A DNA stretch of 64,000 bases from an uncultured Acidobacteriota bacterium. GTDB taxonomy: Bacteria > Acidobacteriota > Thermoanaerobaculia > UBA5066 > Gp7-AA6. The notes below the pieces were generated by a model, which saw nothing but the letters and a program-made list of their open reading frames with translations, ran no database searches and was not told the DNA's origin. Positions 62,216 to 64,000 of this stretch are shown in pieces. The translations under genes were made by a program, and so were the position numbers. Position 1 is the stretch's first letter; the number at the start of each line of letters is the position of its first letter. The DNA lies in assembly GCA_963764715.1 (NCBI GenBank), contig CAVXTP010000001.1, positions 1 to 64,000 of the forward strand. Reading direction: 5' to 3'.

Positions 62216-63472
62216 CTAGCCCTTCTTCGGCCCGTCCTTGCCCGGCCCGCTCTCCTTCTCGATGATGACCCGGTCGCCTTCCTTGATCTGCCGCAGCACC
62301 TTGAAGGGCCCCGTGACGATCTCCTGCCCCACGGCCGGTCCCTGCTTGACCTCGATCATGAGCTCGCCGGCGATGCCCGGCACGACCTTCGTGAAGGCGA
62401 GCTTGCCGTCCTTGATGGTGTACACGCCCTCCTCGGTCTCGGGGCGGCCGGTCGACGGCGCCTTGCCCTTCTTGTCGACGTCGCGGACGATGAGCGCCTG
62501 GATCGGGATCGTCGTCGCGCCGTCGCGGCGGCCGGTGACGATGTCGGCCGTCACCGAGAAGCCGGGGCGGATCGTGTCCGGCGGGTTGTCGATCTTGATC
62601 TTGACCTTGAAGTTGATCGCCTCCGAGTTGGCGGTCAGCGCGAGCAGGTCCGGGTCGTTCTTGGGGATCGGCGAGGAGCCGACCTCGGTGACGGTGCCGA
62701 TGAACTTGGTGTTCGGGTAGGCGTCGATCGAGAGGGTGGCCTTCTGCCCGACCTTGACCTGCGGCACGGAGGTCTCATCGACCATCATGACCGCCTCGAC
62801 CGTCGCCATGTCGGAAATCGTCATGAGCTGCGTGCCGGCGTTGTTCATCGTGCCGATGACCGTGACCTCGCCCTCCTTGATCGGAAGCGCGGTCACGACG
62901 CCTTCGAGGGGAGCCGTCACCGTCGTCTTCGACAGCGAGTCGCGACTCGCCGCGAGGCTCGCCGAGGTGGAGCGCATGCGCTGCTCGGTCGCCGCGAGGT
63001 TCGCCTCCGCCGTGTCGAGGTTCGACTTGGCCTTCTGGAGGTCGGCCTCGGCGAGGATGTTCCCCTTGAAGTTCGCGGCGGCGCGCTCGTAGTCGAACTT
63101 CGCCTGCGCGGCGGTCGCCCTGGCCGCGTCGAGGTCGTGGCGCATCGCCTCGAGATTCGACTCCGCTCCCTGGGCCTGGGCGGCGAGCTGCGCGCGGTCG
63201 ATCTGGAGAAGGAGCTGGCCCTTCTTGACGTGGTCGCCTTCCTTGACCGCCAGGTTCACGATCTGTCCCATGACGAGGGCGGACATGTCGACCTTGCGCT
63301 GGGCCTGGATCTTGCCGTTGGCGGTGACCTTCGAGACGAGGTCGAGCTTCTCGACCTTGGCGGTCGTCACGCGGGGCACGTCCTTGTCCCGCCCGCGGAT
63401 GAAGGCGGTCAGGGCGCCGATGACGGCGACCCCCAGGATGGCCCCCCCGATGATCTTGGTCCTCTTCGACAT
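62216..63472 (-). CDS. Efflux periplasmic adaptor subunit (MacA/HlyD family)
   Basis: N-terminal TM, VKEGDHVKKGQLL lipoyl motif, coiled coil, VDETSV..VKVGQ, IRPGFS. Confidence 0.92.
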   Translation of the reverse strand: MSKRTKIIGGAILGVAVIGALTAFIRGRDKDVPRVTTAKVEKLDLVSKVTANGKIQAQRKVDMSALVMGQIVNLAVKEGDHVKKGQLLLQIDRAQLAAQAQGAESNLEAMRHDLDAARATAAQAKFDYERAAANFKGNILAEADLQKAKSNLDTAEANLAATEQRMRSTSASLAASRDSLSKTTVTAPLEGVVTALPIKEGEVTVIGTMNNAGTQLMTISDMATVEAVMMVDETSVPQVKVGQKATLSIDAYPNTKFIGTVTEVGSSPIPKNDPDLLALTANSEAINFKVKIKIDNPPDTIRPGFSVTADIVTGRRDGATTIPIQALIVRDVDKKGKAPSTGRPETEEGVYTIKDGKLAFTKVVPGIAGELMIEVKQGPAVGQEIVTGPFKVLRQIKEGDRVIIEKESGPGKDGPKKG

Positions 63473-63559
63473 GGCCCTCAATCCTCCGGTCTAACGCGGT
63501 TTTCCTGCGTATTCCTTTCTACGGAACGGCCCTCGGAAAGTTCAATTCCCCGGAGCCCA

Positions 63560-63588
63560 TTGAAAAGACTGGGGCTTTTCGCTAGCCT
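63560..63588 (+). promoter_or_regulatory. sigma70-like promoter TTGAAA-N17-TAGCCT for tRNA-Arg
   Basis: Canonical spacing; ends 11 nt before the tRNA. Confidence 0.65.
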
Positions 63589-63599
63589 TCCGCTCCCCT

Positions 63600-63676
63600 G
63601 CGCCCATAGCTCAATTGGATAGAGCGTCTGACTACGGATCAGGAGGTTGGGGGTTCGACTCCCTCTGGGCGCACCA
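63600..63676 (+). tRNA. tRNA-Arg(ACG)
   Basis: GCGCCCA...TCTGA-CTACGGA-TCAGG...GGTTCGACTCC...TGGGCGC-ACCA. Confidence 0.96.
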
Positions 63677-63702
63677 CTTCCGACTGGGGTAGCCTCCCCG
63701 CG

Positions 63703-64000
63703 GTGTCTTTCACGGACCAGGACCGCCGTTTCATGGCCGAGGCCCTCGCCTTCGCGCGCATCGCCTATGCCGAGCAGGAGGTCCCCATCGGGGCGGTCGT
63801 CGTTCGGGACGGACGGATGATCGGCCGGGGGCGCAACCGCCGGGAACGGCTCGCCGACCCCACCCACCACGCCGAGATCGAGGCCATCCGGGAGGCCGCC
63901 CGCGAGGTCGGTCACTGGCGCCTCGAGGACTGCACCCTCTATGCCACGGTGGAGCCCTGCGCGATGTGCGCCGGCGCCGCGGTCAACGCCCGGATCCGAC
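63703..64000 (+). CDS. tadA: tRNA adenosine(34) deaminase, truncated by the window end
   Basis: GTG start; [36 protein letters not shown]. Confidence 0.92.
   Translation, partial: MSFTDQDRRFMAEALAFARIAYAEQEVPIGAVVVRDGRMIGRGRNRRERLADPTHHAEIEAIREAAREVGHWRLEDCTLYATVEPCAMCAGAAVNARIR

Overview
High-GC bacterial chromosomal window. The gene content (alternative complex III with a caa3 oxidase, futalosine-pathway MqnD, MglAB, many Ser/Thr kinases, MacB-type permeases) suggests an Acidobacteriota-like organism; that assignment is inference. Layout from left to right: (1) 1-12 kb, an actB-G/sco/coxBACD respiratory operon plus a Ca2+/H+ antiporter; (2) 12-25 kb, housekeeping and transport genes, with an unannotated 19-codon Lys-rich mini-gene at 24945; (3) 25-30 kb, a PadR gene and a Tat-exported three-subunit molybdo-flavoenzyme; (4) 30-35.6 kb, mglA-mglB-recR-ebfC-dnaX, SRP RNA, an ECF sigma/anti-sigma pair and tRNA-Ser followed by a duplicated 5' tRNA half; (5) 36.8-55.1 kb, seven head-to-tail membrane Ser/Thr kinases, six sharing a kinase-TM-beta-propeller design with paired and mosaic kinase domains and variable extracytoplasmic loops (the best candidate for an undescribed system); (6) a DPP-IV peptidase, htpX, an adaptor plus three MacB permeases, and tRNA-Arg(ACG) directly followed by tadA. 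Many genes have a TANNNT -10 box 6-9 nt before the start codon, suggesting leaderless mRNAs. Several small repeat families sit in intergenic gaps. Frameshifts in actB and one permease look like sequencing errors. All family assignments come from motif recognition by eye; no searches were run.
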